A stretch of DNA of 64,000 nucleotides from Escherichia phage PBM-2: sequence record PV029541. The stretch is one strand, 5' to 3'. Numbering within the stretch: position 1 is the stretch's first letter; every line of letters starts with the position of its first letter. Of this stretch, positions 37,667 through 49,468 are shown piece after piece. The notes beneath the pieces were generated by a model. That model was not told the origin of the DNA. It did not search any database and saw nothing but the letters and a program-made list of their open reading frames with translations. The position numbers were made by a program, and so were the translations under genes.

Positions 37667-39631
37667 TTACCGATTTTGTCTTGGTTGCATATACTCAGGC
37701 AAACCCTGTGCCTGACGTAAATACCGTGCAGCACGTTCTTCATCTTCCTTGGCTCGTGCTCTGTCCATACTAGCCTGTGACCGGAAACCTCTTGGAGCCA
37801 GGTTAGATGGGTCTGCTTGAACTTGTGCTTGAGCAGCTTGTAGCATTGCAGCAGCTTTAGTAACAGCTTCCTGACGAGCAGGCAACAATGCAGTAAGTCC
37901 TGTTTGTCCGGTGTTAATCTTGTTCTGGGTATTTGTCAGTGCAGCTACAGCAGCATCATAAGCAGTCTGTGCTGCCTGAATATTCTGCATGGCTTGAGCA
38001 CGACCAAGGTTACGCACACTGCCTTCCAGTGGTTCACCACGTTGTACACCCTCAATTAACTGATCTACCAGACGGTCATTAAGACGCATACCATTACCAG
38101 CTTCATTGGTAATGAATGGGTTAACCGCATCAATAGCACGGCTAATGTAACCTTCAGGTACACCAGTCTGTGCACGTTGCATAACAGCAGCAGCCATAGC
38201 TGGAGACATATTCCCACGTTGAGAAATATCAGTTAATCGGTTAAGTACCCAGTTACGGTCAGCACCCTTAAAGTCACCATCCAGTAGACGATTAGCAATC
38301 TCACCTACTGGAGTATTATCGGTGACAGTACCCAGGAAATCGGTATTAAGGCTACCGGTATTATCCTGCATAGAGCGAGTACCAATCATACCCTGAGCCA
38401 AGGTAGATACTGCCTGATTTCCCTGATTATTCTGAAGCAGAGAGAATGGGTCAGCCCCTACTTCAGCTTGGGCAATAACAGGTTTAATCTGTTCCCAAGT
38501 CATATCCTTATAAGCACCTGGGGTAGAGTTAGGTAAAGCAGCCCAGGTATCTTTAAGGTTACCATTCTTACGAGCCTCAAAAATAGCCTTACCAATCTTC
38601 TCCTGGTTCTCAGGGGAAAGAGGTTGGTTCTGCCAATCTGAACCAAGAACTTTGGGGGCAAAGTCTTTCAAGGTAGCTTGGTTAATCTGAAATGCACCAA
38701 CAGGGGAAGCACCCTGGTTCGATTTCATACCATCCTGGTGTTTAATTACATCACCAATACTCATTTGAGTAATAGGAGTAGATGTACCAGCAAACTGATA
38801 AGTAACATCGTAAGGTGAACCCTGACGAGTACCAGCAGTACCAGGAGCAGACGTAGCACCTACACCATTACCGTAAACACCCGGGTAAGCATTAGCCAGT
38901 AATCCCTGCAAGCGTGCCTGTGCAACTGGAGACAGGTTCTTACTGTATGCTTCTGCCAACAGACGGGCATCATTAGGGTTCTCAGCACCACGGGTAATCT
39001 GTGCCATTACACCCATAGCTGCCTGACTATCGGCATCATTACGTTGAGCAACACCCAAATCAAAACGATTGCTCGCCTGATTAATAGCAGCACTACCCTG
39101 TCCTTGTAAACTACCTAACAATTCTAACTGTTGGTCAGCTGGGAGCGTAGATAATGCCTCACGAGTCTGACCCAATGCAGTATTAATACGATTCTGGTCA
39201 CCAGACTGATAAGCCTCAGACAATAAACGAATAGCCGGAGAAGCATTATCTAGTGCTGAGTTAATATCCTTTAAGCGACCAAAGCGATATGCAATGTAGT
39301 CATTGGTTCCCTGCTGTCCTTGTTGAGTCAGCAGTGTACCTGCTCGCTCATCCAGATTCTGGAGAGTACGCTGGTTTACCAATGAAGGGTCAACCCCCTG
39401 AAACAGTGCACCTGATGCCAAAGCATTACGGTACTCAGTAGGATCTTGATACTGCATAGCATTCATCATGACGGCATTGCCAGCCTCCTGCTTGGCAGCG
39501 TTCTGGAAATTACCCAGTGCATCACTTAAGCCAGAGGTGGCGTTACCAATCATGTTGCCAAATGTGCGAATGCTGTCACCTACTCCAGAGAAGTTAGGTG
39601 CATCAACATTACGCCATGTAATTTGAGCCAT
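37667..39631 (-). CDS. virion structural protein, possibly with a peptidoglycan-hydrolase-like segment
   Basis: 654-aa ORF upstream of vRNAP in the structural operon; segment KSNQGASPVGAFQINQATLKD loosely resembles a lytic-transglycosylase-type motif. Confidence 0.5.
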   Translation of the reverse strand: MAQITWRNVDAPNFSGVGDSIRTFGNMIGNATSGLSDALGNFQNAAKQEAGNAVMMNAMQYQDPTEYRNALASGALFQGVDPSLVNQRTLQNLDERAGTLLTQQGQQGTNDYIAYRFGRLKDINSALDNASPAIRLLSEAYQSGDQNRINTALGQTREALSTLPADQQLELLGSLQGQGSAAINQASNRFDLGVAQRNDADSQAAMGVMAQITRGAENPNDARLLAEAYSKNLSPVAQARLQGLLANAYPGVYGNGVGATSAPGTAGTRQGSPYDVTYQFAGTSTPITQMSIGDVIKHQDGMKSNQGASPVGAFQINQATLKDFAPKVLGSDWQNQPLSPENQEKIGKAIFEARKNGNLKDTWAALPNSTPGAYKDMTWEQIKPVIAQAEVGADPFSLLQNNQGNQAVSTLAQGMIGTRSMQDNTGSLNTDFLGTVTDNTPVGEIANRLLDGDFKGADRNWVLNRLTDISQRGNMSPAMAAAVMQRAQTGVPEGYISRAIDAVNPFITNEAGNGMRLNDRLVDQLIEGVQRGEPLEGSVRNLGRAQAMQNIQAAQTAYDAAVAALTNTQNKINTGQTGLTALLPARQEAVTKAAAMLQAAQAQVQADPSNLAPRGFRSQASMDRARAKEDEERAARYLRQAQGLPEYMQPRQNR

Positions 39632-39643
39632 GATGGTTTCCTA

Positions 39644-40108
39644 TTAACGGGTTAATTTATTAGCTGCAATATAAGCATCAGCAGTAGACTGGTCACGGTT
39701 CTCTGCTGTAGCACGACTACGAGCACGATCTTCCAGTGCAGTGTTATAAGACTTAATCTGGTTATTCAGGTTAGTGTTAGTAACACTCTTAGTAAAGTTC
39801 AACTGGTCTTTGGCTAACTTATTAGCCTGGAAACCACTGTAGATATTAGCTAATGAACCAAGTGCACCCAGTCCTAATTGGAAGGTAGGTACATTCAATC
39901 CCAACTGATCAGCTGAACCAGACAGGAAAGAAGTAGGGGAGGCTACTCCTGTATTTGCCCCCATACCAATAGTTGCACCTGGGTTATAGTTCATAGCCGG
40001 GGTATTAAAGTTCTGATTGTTATTAGACATCCAAGACATAGCAGCTGGCTGTGGAGTTGGGTTGCCTGTTAAGAATGACAAATCCATGGGGATTCTCCTG
40101 TTAAACAA
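39644..40108 (-). CDS. virion structural protein (small)
   Basis: 154-aa ORF in the structural operon, overlapping the upstream gene by 8 nt. Confidence 0.45.
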   Translation of the reverse strand: MFNRRIPMDLSFLTGNPTPQPAAMSWMSNNNQNFNTPAMNYNPGATIGMGANTGVASPTSFLSGSADQLGLNVPTFQLGLGALGSLANIYSGFQANKLAKDQLNFTKSVTNTNLNNQIKSYNTALEDRARSRATAENRDQSTADAYIAANKLTR

Positions 40109-42755
40109 GGTCAGTATTAAGAGTCATATCAGAGTAGTTGCCAACCATGTCTAAAGACAAGTCAGCTATATCTGAACCAGTCATGAGAGTACGTGACAAG
40201 AATGAATCCAACGACTCCATTGACACGAATTGCATGGGGTCAATCACACCCTGTCCAGCAGTACCGAACATCTCTTCATACTGCTTATTGATTGCCATCA
40301 TATCAGTATTGTACTGCTGCATTACACTCTCTGCTTTCTGAATAGTAGCAGCCGTGGATGCATTAATATACTGACTAATGCCATTACCCACTGAACTGGT
40401 AAGTTGCATGATGTTTTGAGCATTCATCATTTCACCAGCTAAAGAGGATAAGGATGTACCAGTAGACAAAGCAGTACCAACGTTCATGGCTACCATTGAG
40501 GCAATAGCAGCAATGATAAAACCTAGCTTATCACCGAACAGTGAAGTAGATACTTTAGTAATAATGGATACCAGAATCATTGCAGCTATGGCGTTTGCTA
40601 CAGCACCAACTATTACAGCAGCTAATCCAACAAAACCAAGTGATGCACCGACTGCACCGTATGCCCCAAGTATACCTGCACCACCAGCACCTGCTGTAAA
40701 TACAGAGACAACTACAGCTACCACTACAACAACAATTTTAAATGCCCCAGTCTGATACCACTTCTGCTTAACCTTCTTATATGAGTTCATCACTAAGTAG
40801 GAGCAGGCAGTGGATAACTGAGTGCTACGAACCAGTGACATTGAACGGTAGATATTGGTGTGCAGTGGAATAATGAATCCACTCTCCTCTGCATCACCCA
40901 TTGCTTCGGCAACATCAATGTGCACTGACTTATTTTTATATACCCTGTTGTTGTGATTTAGACCCAGTACCCTAAGTTTACGATAGGTATTATTACCATC
41001 CTGCCAAAGCAACTCGTATTCCTGCATTGAATAGAATGTGTATGTTACCTCAAGTTTCTTAGCAGAACCGGAGTTGGAAGCTGTCCTTATGTTCTTACGA
41101 GTAAGGGTTATATCTCCTGCATACCTGGCTCGAAGTTGCCCCTGCTTAGCACCAGACCATGCTTGACCTGAATGGGTAGTTTCAGATACATAGTTCCAGC
41201 CAATAGTCATGTCGTACTTGTACTGCTTATTACTATGCACCCTAAACTCTCGCTTAGGTATAACTGGGTATTCTGGCAGTGGTGGAGGTGTTCCAATAAT
41301 ATGCCCTTCAGTCCTGTTCCACCATTCCACATATGCGTCAACTGCATCATTTGCTGCCTGATAGCCTGCAATCACTGCTTCCAGTGTTGGGTAGGTTGGG
41401 TCAGGTGGGAATGCTTCAGTAGCCATCTGAAAGAAACGATAGATGTATTCCTTAGCACTATCCTCGGGGGTATTAAGGGATACACCAAATGAACCATAGA
41501 TGTACTGAATATCACCTATGTCATCATTCTTCTTAAGCTCTGTGACTACTTTATCAATTTTTCCACCAGTAGCTTTATAAAGGGCTTTCTTACAGTGTGG
41601 GTAGATTGGGTCATTCTCTACCCATTGCTTATCATTTCTGATTGGAATGAATGGGTAGAATCGGTTATCAGTAGCTTCAGTCTCGAACAAAGAATCCAGT
41701 GCAACGTTACCGGAGTTCTGCTTATAAATAAGCATTTTAGGTGTACTAACAGCAGTCATCTCGGTATCAGTACGGGTAGTCTGGGATGAGTACTTACGAA
41801 CCAGTGTCTCTGTGGTTGTAGTGATTGTATCTGTACGAGTAACACCTCCACCTATATCAACCACATTAGTAGTTACAGAAGTACTGGATTGAATCTCACC
41901 AAATTTTGTATGAGTCATTACCCTGTCAGATACAACTACAGTCACATCATCAGGTTTCTCAGTGAATCCTCTACGATAAACTTTAACGTAAGAGTTCCAG
42001 TTATCCACACTTGGTTCTGTGACAGTACTGTCTTCATCCGGTCTGCCATCAGAGTAAACAGAATGAGTATGTATAGTCTTAGTAAGATTGGTTGTGTTAG
42101 CCGTCGTATCACTTGAGACGGTAGTCCATAACAAAGTGGAAGGTAAGTCATCCTCATCATCATAGACAGTAGTCGGTCCTACTACCGGAGGATTAGTAGA
42201 AGGGGACTTATAGAATGAGTAATCAGCATAGAGATATAAAGCACCTGGTTCAAAGTTAGTAGGTGTGAATGTAATAGTAGAGCCCCCATCTAAGGAGGTC
42301 ATAGTGATTTCATTAGTATCTTCATCAATATCTATGTCGAATCGTTCCATGATTCGACTTGGAGCATTCTCATAAAGATACTGGTCACACCATTGCTCAA
42401 AGTCAGCAAAGCCAATCTCTGCTGCCTGAACATAGACTGATTCACCAGCAGGGGGTGTAATTTGACCCTCTATAACGGTAGGGTCAATCTTAGCCAATAC
42501 ACCCAATGAAGAACCAGCCATACCAACTACTGAATCATAGTGGTTCTTACTCCAGCTGGAGAACAGTCGCATACGAATACCTGGCCCATTCAGATAACTA
42601 TCAGAGATAGTATCTGCCATAGTGAATCCTGTATTGGAAACAATATTACCTATAACTACAGTCTTCATATAGTTAGGGCGTTTATGTATATCCCCTGCCA
42701 TGTTATAGACAGAGGATGCTACGTATACTTTGGTCTTCCCACTGAATAAGCCCAT
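40101..42755 (-). CDS. large virion protein with Gly/Ala-rich hydrophobic region (candidate ejection/channel protein)
   Basis: 884 aa; about 120 residues of hydrophobic Gly/Ala/Val-rich sequence (KIVVVVVAVVVSVFTAGAGGAGILGAYGAVGASLGFVGLAAVIVGAVANAIAAMILVSII...) near the C-terminus. Confidence 0.55.
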   Translation of the reverse strand: MGLFSGKTKVYVASSVYNMAGDIHKRPNYMKTVVIGNIVSNTGFTMADTISDSYLNGPGIRMRLFSSWSKNHYDSVVGMAGSSLGVLAKIDPTVIEGQITPPAGESVYVQAAEIGFADFEQWCDQYLYENAPSRIMERFDIDIDEDTNEITMTSLDGGSTITFTPTNFEPGALYLYADYSFYKSPSTNPPVVGPTTVYDDEDDLPSTLLWTTVSSDTTANTTNLTKTIHTHSVYSDGRPDEDSTVTEPSVDNWNSYVKVYRRGFTEKPDDVTVVVSDRVMTHTKFGEIQSSTSVTTNVVDIGGGVTRTDTITTTTETLVRKYSSQTTRTDTEMTAVSTPKMLIYKQNSGNVALDSLFETEATDNRFYPFIPIRNDKQWVENDPIYPHCKKALYKATGGKIDKVVTELKKNDDIGDIQYIYGSFGVSLNTPEDSAKEYIYRFFQMATEAFPPDPTYPTLEAVIAGYQAANDAVDAYVEWWNRTEGHIIGTPPPLPEYPVIPKREFRVHSNKQYKYDMTIGWNYVSETTHSGQAWSGAKQGQLRARYAGDITLTRKNIRTASNSGSAKKLEVTYTFYSMQEYELLWQDGNNTYRKLRVLGLNHNNRVYKNKSVHIDVAEAMGDAEESGFIIPLHTNIYRSMSLVRSTQLSTACSYLVMNSYKKVKQKWYQTGAFKIVVVVVAVVVSVFTAGAGGAGILGAYGAVGASLGFVGLAAVIVGAVANAIAAMILVSIITKVSTSLFGDKLGFIIAAIASMVAMNVGTALSTGTSLSSLAGEMMNAQNIMQLTSSVGNGISQYINASTAATIQKAESVMQQYNTDMMAINKQYEEMFGTAGQGVIDPMQFVSMESLDSFLSRTLMTGSDIADLSLDMVGNYSDMTLNTDLV

Positions 42756-42756
42756 A

Positions 42757-43599
42757 TTAGTTCAGCCCGTTGTTAGACTTCAGCTTGGTCAGAATGGTGT
42801 CAATACTTGCGTTAGTGAAACCATTTGGTGGATTCAAGCCTTCATCAATAGTCTTCTGAGTAATCCATGCATCAGTAAACAGCTTAGATGCTTTAACCTC
42901 TGCATCACGTTGATAAGAAGTAATCTGTTGTGAGTACAACTCTTTCTGTTTACCTACAGAACCAGTAACAGTAGCTCCATCACTACGGGTATCAAGTGTC
43001 TGTGCACGTTGTGCTTCAGTCTGCTCAGTAAGCAATTTAAGCTGTTGAGGTAACATCTGACTAACATTAAACAATGCAGCACAGTATGTTTCAGACTCAG
43101 TAGCAATCTTCATCTTAGTAAGAGCATACTCACTCTTAGCAGACAGTGCCTGAATCTTAGCCAGCACAAACTGTGCTTTAGACGTTGCCAGTTGAACACG
43201 AGCAGTAACTGCCTGAATCTGTGCCATAGCAGCAGCCCAGTATGCCTGGTCACGACCAAGTAAGAACTGAACAGCATTGCTCATGCAAGATTCCATCATA
43301 GCAATGTATGCTTTGGTATATTCACCACCGGTAATACGGTTAGCTTTAAACTCAGCTTTCAGATGATTGTGTGCAGATTCCATTAATGCATCAAACGTAC
43401 CACTACCACCAACTTCACGGGTAGTGAGTGATTCATTGGATATTTTATCAATAGCACCAAAGATTGGGGAAGCATCCCCACCAGGGATATCCCATTCGGG
43501 GCCAGTCATATCAACATCAGGAAGGGTAAAGTCATCACCCTTAGTTAACTCTTCTAGGAGTCGGTTAGCTTCTACCTCAGCAGAACAAGACATAATCAT
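42757..43599 (-). CDS. virion structural protein
   Basis: 280-aa ORF in the structural operon; coiled-coil-like central region. Confidence 0.5.
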   Translation of the reverse strand: MIMSCSAEVEANRLLEELTKGDDFTLPDVDMTGPEWDIPGGDASPIFGAIDKISNESLTTREVGGSGTFDALMESAHNHLKAEFKANRITGGEYTKAYIAMMESCMSNAVQFLLGRDQAYWAAAMAQIQAVTARVQLATSKAQFVLAKIQALSAKSEYALTKMKIATESETYCAALFNVSQMLPQQLKLLTEQTEAQRAQTLDTRSDGATVTGSVGKQKELYSQQITSYQRDAEVKASKLFTDAWITQKTIDEGLNPPNGFTNASIDTILTKLKSNNGLN

Positions 43600-43669
43600 T
43601 CCTCTTGGTTCAAAAAGAAACGGCCCACGGAGTTACCCCAGTGAGCCGTGTTGAACTGTAGCTTATACG

Positions 43670-44311
43670 TTAATCGTTCAGGCTACCAGCAGCAATCTGT
43701 GCCTGAGCTAGTTGAGCTAATTCAGCTTCAGTCAACGGAGGCAGTACCTCAATGGAGAACTCTCGTGCTTCAGTTGCACGAATATCCGGTAAGCCATTCT
43801 TACCTTTACGGGTCGTAATGTTGATGAACTTACGCTCTTTAAGGAACTCGTAGATACAATACGGAATGTGATAACCATTGTCGGTTACTTCACCGAATGG
43901 AACAAACTTACGCACAGTACCCATATATTCGTTAGCTACGGTGATAATCTCACCTGGCAGGTCTTTCTTCTTAGGGTCAAGGTTCTGGATACGTACACGA
44001 ATCAGTCGAGTCTGTTCTGCACGAATCTTTTGACCAAGAGTCATCTTCTTAACACCAGCTTCCTGTTTTTCACCCAGCGGATTAACGGCAGCTTCTTCTA
44101 CTACTGGTTCATCTTTTACTTGTGCAGCTTCAATCTTCTCACGAAGCTTTTCAACGGAAATGTTGTTAGAGAACTTGATATTCATCAACGTTGCACGTTG
44201 CTTAAGAACTTCAAGTTCGCTAGGCATTGCAATATCGTTAACGGTATCTTCGTTGCCCTGTACGTTCACTTCTACGTCAGTGGTCGGTTTATCGTTAATG
44301 CTCATGTTCAT
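43670..44311 (-). CDS. virion/head-associated protein
   Basis: 213-aa ORF immediately downstream of the major capsid gene. Confidence 0.45.
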   Translation of the reverse strand: MNMSINDKPTTDVEVNVQGNEDTVNDIAMPSELEVLKQRATLMNIKFSNNISVEKLREKIEAAQVKDEPVVEEAAVNPLGEKQEAGVKKMTLGQKIRAEQTRLIRVRIQNLDPKKKDLPGEIITVANEYMGTVRKFVPFGEVTDNGYHIPYCIYEFLKERKFINITTRKGKNGLPDIRATEAREFSIEVLPPLTEAELAQLAQAQIAAGSLND

Positions 44312-44341
44312 ATTTCCTGTGGTTCATTCAGTTTTATTAAG

Positions 44342-44370
44342 AGGGGGACATTAGTCCCCCTTGTTTTATT
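44342..44370. terminator. strong stem-loop downstream of the major capsid gene
   Basis: AGGGGGAC-ATTA-GTCCCCCT perfect 8-bp stem; T-run (TGTTTTATTT) is on the + strand although flanking genes are on the - strand. Confidence 0.4.
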
Positions 44371-44378
44371 TCGGACTA

Positions 44379-45581
44379 TTACAGAGGAGCAACAGTCTTA
44401 ATCATAGCCAGACGTTCTGGGCGTTTAACCAGGATACCGTAGTACCACTTGATAGAACTGAAGCCAGTTTCACCATACGGGTCATTACGGTCAGCAGTTT
44501 CTTTACCAGGCATCTTAGTCATGATGGAGAACTTAACAGACTTACCATCAGTCTGGAAGCCAATGGTAGAGAAGGAGTCATCACCAACTACCAGCATCGG
44601 GAATACGTCGTAGTGTTCCTGACCACCAACCATAGTAGAACGATAGCCTGGGTTAGAAGTAGCCTGAGCACCAGCACCTGCCCAATGCAGCATCTCAGGA
44701 ACCTGGATAATACGGAACTTGTCGATACAACCAACTTCACCATTCATCAGAGTACCGGCATCAGCATAGTGCTGAATTTCGATGAATGCTTTGTTACCGA
44801 ACAGATCTTTCATCGCTTTCAGTTCTGGAACCAATTCAGAACCAACGTACATTACACGAGTACCACCAAGTACTTTGGTATCAGTCAGTTTAGAACCAGT
44901 GATAATAGTAGTCTGAGTCGGGGTACGGTTCTCAGTAAGAATCTGGTCAAGACGCATCAGGTTCTTATAAGAAACTACAGACGGAGTAGAACCATCACCG
45001 GTGATGGTAGCATCAGAAGTAGCAGCACCTGCATACAATACAGTACCAGCAGCAGCAAGCAGGTCTTTCTGGAGAACAGCTTCAGTCAACTGTACAGCAC
45101 CGTTCATCAGTTCACGAGACAGGTGTTCTTTCAGCTGGTCATCAGAATCAAAGTCCAGAGACTCTTGAGTAAATTCATAGAAGAAACCGAACTTATGGAT
45201 GGAGCCTTCACGAGACAGACGGGTAAAGCCTACACGGTTAACACGACCACCATTCTCTGTCAGCAGAGGCAGTTTGGAAGTGATGTTACCTACGTCTTTA
45301 GAAGAACCATACAGGTTCCCATTAACAATGGTAGCACCATTAGCATCAATGCCCTGGTCGTTAATGTTCTTATCGTCGAGCAGTGGAACGTACTCATACA
45401 CCTTAACAGTCTTACCATAGTTCTTAGGCATGTTAATGGTGTTAGCCAGTGGCATGAAGTACTGGTCTTTACGAGACTGAATAATAGCTTTCTTCAGCCA
45501 GTAAAAGGTATTCATCTGATCGGAACCAGCACCATCAATGCTAGATTTCTGACCGTCAATTGGAGCGTTATAGTTTAACAT
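44379..45581 (-). CDS. major capsid protein
   Basis: 400 aa, matching the size recalled for N4 major capsid protein (about 401 aa); position after portal and scaffold-like genes. Confidence 0.75.
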   Translation of the reverse strand: MLNYNAPIDGQKSSIDGAGSDQMNTFYWLKKAIIQSRKDQYFMPLANTINMPKNYGKTVKVYEYVPLLDDKNINDQGIDANGATIVNGNLYGSSKDVGNITSKLPLLTENGGRVNRVGFTRLSREGSIHKFGFFYEFTQESLDFDSDDQLKEHLSRELMNGAVQLTEAVLQKDLLAAAGTVLYAGAATSDATITGDGSTPSVVSYKNLMRLDQILTENRTPTQTTIITGSKLTDTKVLGGTRVMYVGSELVPELKAMKDLFGNKAFIEIQHYADAGTLMNGEVGCIDKFRIIQVPEMLHWAGAGAQATSNPGYRSTMVGGQEHYDVFPMLVVGDDSFSTIGFQTDGKSVKFSIMTKMPGKETADRNDPYGETGFSSIKWYYGILVKRPERLAMIKTVAPL

Positions 45582-45597
45582 ATCGTATTATTCCTGT

Positions 45598-46818
45598 TTA
45601 AAGACTACCCGGTACTGGGAGTTTAGCGAAATCTTCATCACTCATAGCGAGTGGGTTTACAATAGGTGTTGCTTTGCGTGTAGCAGCCCGATTAAGGGAA
45701 GCTGCTTTAGCTTGCTCACTGTTAGCCAGAGTCTGCTTAGGTTGTGCTACACGCACTACCGGCTGAACTGCTGGTTTAACTGCTTGTACCGGCTCAGGCT
45801 TAGCTACTTGGTTAAATGCTCCCTGTTGTGCAAGGAGGTTGCCAACGTAGTTATAAGCCTGAATGAACGGAGTACCTACCGGAATCTGACCTAACATCTG
45901 AAGACGATTCACTTCGTTAGCAATGGTGTCATAAATACCATTCTCACGCTGTTCGTGAATCGTATGGAGTAAGCCACGATTCTGATAAAGAGCATCTTTA
46001 CTGGCAGCATCCCATGTCGAGCCAATAACACCTAATGTAGCTTGTCCTTCTTGAGTAGACTTTAAGTCGTCAATTTCGGTTGCAAAATCTGCTTCGGTGT
46101 CGGTAACACGGTGATTGCCACCCTGGTAGTTAATTTCCTCATCTGGGTTAAAGTCCAGAGGGTCTGTACCAGAGTCTTTGAGCAACTTCTTAATGGCCTC
46201 AGGATTCTTCTTATCCAGGTCAATCAGGAAAGAGAGTTTGTCCTCATCCATTAAACCGTTGTTCTGTAACATCAGCATTACCTTACGGTATGGCTGTAGT
46301 TCTTGCATTTTGCGAGTATAGTTAGCACCCATCTGCATCAGGCTAATGGCCTCCTCCGGTGAACGGGGAGTAATCATTTTGCCGTTAGCTTTAAAAGGAG
46401 CCATCAACTTCTCGTAACCTTCCTTATAGTTGAAGTCAGCAGGCAGACCTTCAGACTGTTTGCCTTCTTCTTTCTGTTCCTGGCCGGGTTCAGCAGTAGA
46501 AGGTTCAGCTTTAGTAATCGGCTTACCGTTACTATCAACTTCTGTGTCAACAACTTTATCATCAACTTTATCAGAAGTTAAAGAATTTGCTGCATCTTCT
46601 TCAACTGGTTCGGTTTCAGGGGAGGTTTCTTCGGTTGGTAGGTCTTCAACAGCAGAGGTGTCAACTTCTTCATCAGGAGTCTGTACGCCGTTGGTTTCTG
46701 GGTTGTTCTGAGTGGAAGTATCTTCCTCAGCGATAACTGCTGGGGCTTCCATATTCAGAATCTCATCATCCGACATTGCGAGAATGTCGGAAGCTGTGGT
46801 TGCAGCTTCCGTAGTCAT
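45598..46818 (-). CDS. putative scaffolding protein
   Basis: 406 aa with a highly acidic, low-complexity N-terminal third; located between portal and capsid genes. Confidence 0.45.
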   Translation of the reverse strand: MTTEAATTASDILAMSDDEILNMEAPAVIAEEDTSTQNNPETNGVQTPDEEVDTSAVEDLPTEETSPETEPVEEDAANSLTSDKVDDKVVDTEVDSNGKPITKAEPSTAEPGQEQKEEGKQSEGLPADFNYKEGYEKLMAPFKANGKMITPRSPEEAISLMQMGANYTRKMQELQPYRKVMLMLQNNGLMDEDKLSFLIDLDKKNPEAIKKLLKDSGTDPLDFNPDEEINYQGGNHRVTDTEADFATEIDDLKSTQEGQATLGVIGSTWDAASKDALYQNRGLLHTIHEQRENGIYDTIANEVNRLQMLGQIPVGTPFIQAYNYVGNLLAQQGAFNQVAKPEPVQAVKPAVQPVVRVAQPKQTLANSEQAKAASLNRAATRKATPIVNPLAMSDEDFAKLPVPGSL

Positions 46819-46837
46819 AGGAAATATCTCCGGTTAA

Positions 46838-47182
46838 TTATTCATCTTCAGGTTCAGCACGAACTGCATCGAGTTCTTCTTCTACCTGAAGAATAACGTC
46901 AGCTTCGTTTTCGCCCATACGAATGGCGAGGTCGAGCCAACGACGTAAGTGACCAGCAGCTTGAGCCATGTTCAATGCATCTGCACGGTTATTAGGTTCA
47001 AGCAGTGGGTCACCAGACTCCTGCACGTAACGTGCACAATCTTCCACACAGAACTGACGAAGAATTACTTTACGGAACAGTGGATACTCCAAAAGTTTAC
47101 GTACATCTTCTGCGTGTGCAACTGCACCTTTAGCAGCTTCCAGTCGATGTTCCAGTCCTGCGATTGTTGATTCTTTACTCAT
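46838..47182 (-). CDS. hypothetical head-morphogenesis protein
   Basis: 114-aa ORF between portal and scaffold-like genes. Confidence 0.4.
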   Translation of the reverse strand: MSKESTIAGLEHRLEAAKGAVAHAEDVRKLLEYPLFRKVILRQFCVEDCARYVQESGDPLLEPNNRADALNMAQAAGHLRRWLDLAIRMGENEADVILQVEEELDAVRAEPEDE

Positions 47183-47195
47183 GTGAAGGTCTGCC

Positions 47196-49466
47196 TTACA
47201 AGTTCATGCCAAGAGCCGATGCTGGGTCTTGGCTAGGGTCATAGAATTGGGAACTAAGTGAATAAGCTGGGTCTTGTTGTGCAGCTAAGTCACGTTCTGG
47301 TATAGAGTTCCCATTAGTCAAAGCGTTATATCCAACAGCAGCAGATATGTTGGGGGTAGTTTCACCTTCTTTAGTAGGTGTTGTCAACGCCTTAGTTATC
47401 TGAAGATTCTGGTTTCCTTGAGATTGTGCTTTTTGTTTTTCCATGTCACGAGCATGTTTAGTACCAGATTCCTGTTCCAGATAATCCAGATCTTTAAGGT
47501 CACCACTAGAAGCAGCCTCTTTAGCCTTAGCCATATTGAGTGCAATCTTACTTTGCAGCTCTTCGTTCTCAAGCTGTGCTTTCTGAATTGCCAATTGCTT
47601 AAGCTGTTCTTCCATAGGGTCTGGTTGTGGTTGCCATGTACGTAACTCATGAGCAAGGTCTGGCATACGTTTAAGTTCTGCAATCTTAGCTACAAGAGAT
47701 AACGTAATAGTCTGGTCAACCGTATTACCTAACGTTTGAACCATGAAGCTCAAGTCCTGGGATTTCTGGTTATCAATCTCAGCAGTATTAATATCAACTT
47801 CAATGTCGAAATTACCTTTAAGGTCTTCACGGTTAATCTCTACGTACTGCTCGTTAGTAATACGTACTACTTCTTTCTCAGATAAGAACACAGCATTCAT
47901 TGCACAAATCTTAGTACCAATGTCTGCCATACCCTTAGCTAATCGACGAAGGATTGCCATCTCACGTTTGGATGCTGCATCTAGTACACCACGAATACCA
48001 GCAGCTACATCTCCGTAAGCTTCACCAGTTACACCACCCGAGAATGCTTTAACACCCGTTAGTGCTTCTGCTTCCTGGTTTTGCATCTGAGTCATTACTA
48101 TTGCCGACTGGGGTAACTCAGGGAACTTGTGTTCCATAATGGCCTGACTAGGATTGCCCTGCATTGGGTTATATTCGTAGTCTTGTCCATCATCGTATCG
48201 ACGACGGTTCAAGGTATCTAACATCCCTTTAGGATAACCACGTTGACCATTTGCACTTCGGCCCAACAGGTCAATCATCCCACGCATGGTTGCACCAAGA
48301 ATTGCTTGGTTATCTCCTAGCAATTCAGCATCAGCTTCACCATAGAGTTCACGTTTACGAGGCATATAAGGAACAACTACCAATGGTAACTTACCATCTG
48401 GGAATGGGTTCTTCTCCATACGAATAAGAGTAGAACCAATCCAGGTAGCAACAATTGGTTCCAGTGAACCATCATCATTGATGTCGTAGAATCCCCAGTA
48501 CTCATAAGCAACTACCTTCTTACGAAGTGCATCCTTAAACTGGAAATCGCTAGGGGTTTTACTTTCATGGTCTGGGTCAGTAATGGGGCTGGAACTCTCC
48601 CAGTCAATTTTATCTAGGTTGTGATAACGGTCTTTGTTTTTCATAAGGTCTGCTTTGCAAGTCTCAAAGGAAATGACTGCATACAGAGCCTTATCCAAAT
48701 CACCATTGCAGCTCGGGTCAATAACTACGTTATTAGGATTAAGCATTTCAACGGTAGGTCTGTTAACCAGTGCTTTTTCTACTTCTACTTCAGTGACCCC
48801 TGTCTGAATTGCATAAGTAGCTTCTCCAGTTTCATTGAAGTAGTTAACAGCTTCTTTGATATCTTCTGGCATTGTTTCGTCATACTCACGGGGATTCTCT
48901 GCCTGAAGCTGCAAAGCCTGTTGGAGAACATCTGCTTGTTCCTGGTTCTCAATTGGATACAACTGGAAGACTGGAGTTTCTGTTTTAATCTTAATAGTCT
49001 TACGTTCCCAACCGATACGAGCAATACCAGTACCGTCATCTACGACACTATGCACGTAATCATCTACCAGTTTTACTTTATTAAGCTGAGTACGGAATTG
49101 GTAGTTAAGAACTAGCTCATTCTGGCGTGCAGCTAACTCATCTTCAAAAGTAACCGGAGTTACCTTAAATAGTTTGTTAGACGAGAGGAATGGTTCAGAC
49201 AATGGAGCATAACGCCACTCTGCCTGACGGCGAACCAGTCTAGGCTGGACTTGCGAGCGTCCCTTAACCTTTGGGGGTTTAGCCTTACCCTTTACTTCCA
49301 TTAAATCATTCCACTCACGAATCTGTGCCATGATTGCATCGTGAGCAGGTTTAGCAGATTCCAAATCACCCTTCAGTAATTGGATACTTGGTTCCTTCTT
49401 CCAGTCCGTTAACTTCTCTGATTGAGCCGGGTCTGGTAAAGGCTTAAAAGTGTCTTGGTGTTCCAT
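47196..49466 (-). CDS. portal protein
   Basis: 756 aa, size and position consistent with the N4 portal (about 760 aa); upstream of scaffold and capsid genes. Confidence 0.7.
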   Translation of the reverse strand: MEHQDTFKPLPDPAQSEKLTDWKKEPSIQLLKGDLESAKPAHDAIMAQIREWNDLMEVKGKAKPPKVKGRSQVQPRLVRRQAEWRYAPLSEPFLSSNKLFKVTPVTFEDELAARQNELVLNYQFRTQLNKVKLVDDYVHSVVDDGTGIARIGWERKTIKIKTETPVFQLYPIENQEQADVLQQALQLQAENPREYDETMPEDIKEAVNYFNETGEATYAIQTGVTEVEVEKALVNRPTVEMLNPNNVVIDPSCNGDLDKALYAVISFETCKADLMKNKDRYHNLDKIDWESSSPITDPDHESKTPSDFQFKDALRKKVVAYEYWGFYDINDDGSLEPIVATWIGSTLIRMEKNPFPDGKLPLVVVPYMPRKRELYGEADAELLGDNQAILGATMRGMIDLLGRSANGQRGYPKGMLDTLNRRRYDDGQDYEYNPMQGNPSQAIMEHKFPELPQSAIVMTQMQNQEAEALTGVKAFSGGVTGEAYGDVAAGIRGVLDAASKREMAILRRLAKGMADIGTKICAMNAVFLSEKEVVRITNEQYVEINREDLKGNFDIEVDINTAEIDNQKSQDLSFMVQTLGNTVDQTITLSLVAKIAELKRMPDLAHELRTWQPQPDPMEEQLKQLAIQKAQLENEELQSKIALNMAKAKEAASSGDLKDLDYLEQESGTKHARDMEKQKAQSQGNQNLQITKALTTPTKEGETTPNISAAVGYNALTNGNSIPERDLAAQQDPAYSLSSQFYDPSQDPASALGMNL

Positions 49467-49468
49467 AG

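Noticed and set aside
44361-45578. 405-aa + strand ORF lying antisense to the major capsid gene
   Set aside because: Low-complexity Ser/Thr-rich translation, no RBS, and it mirrors a highly expressed - strand gene almost exactly; long antisense ORFs are a common artefact of codon bias.
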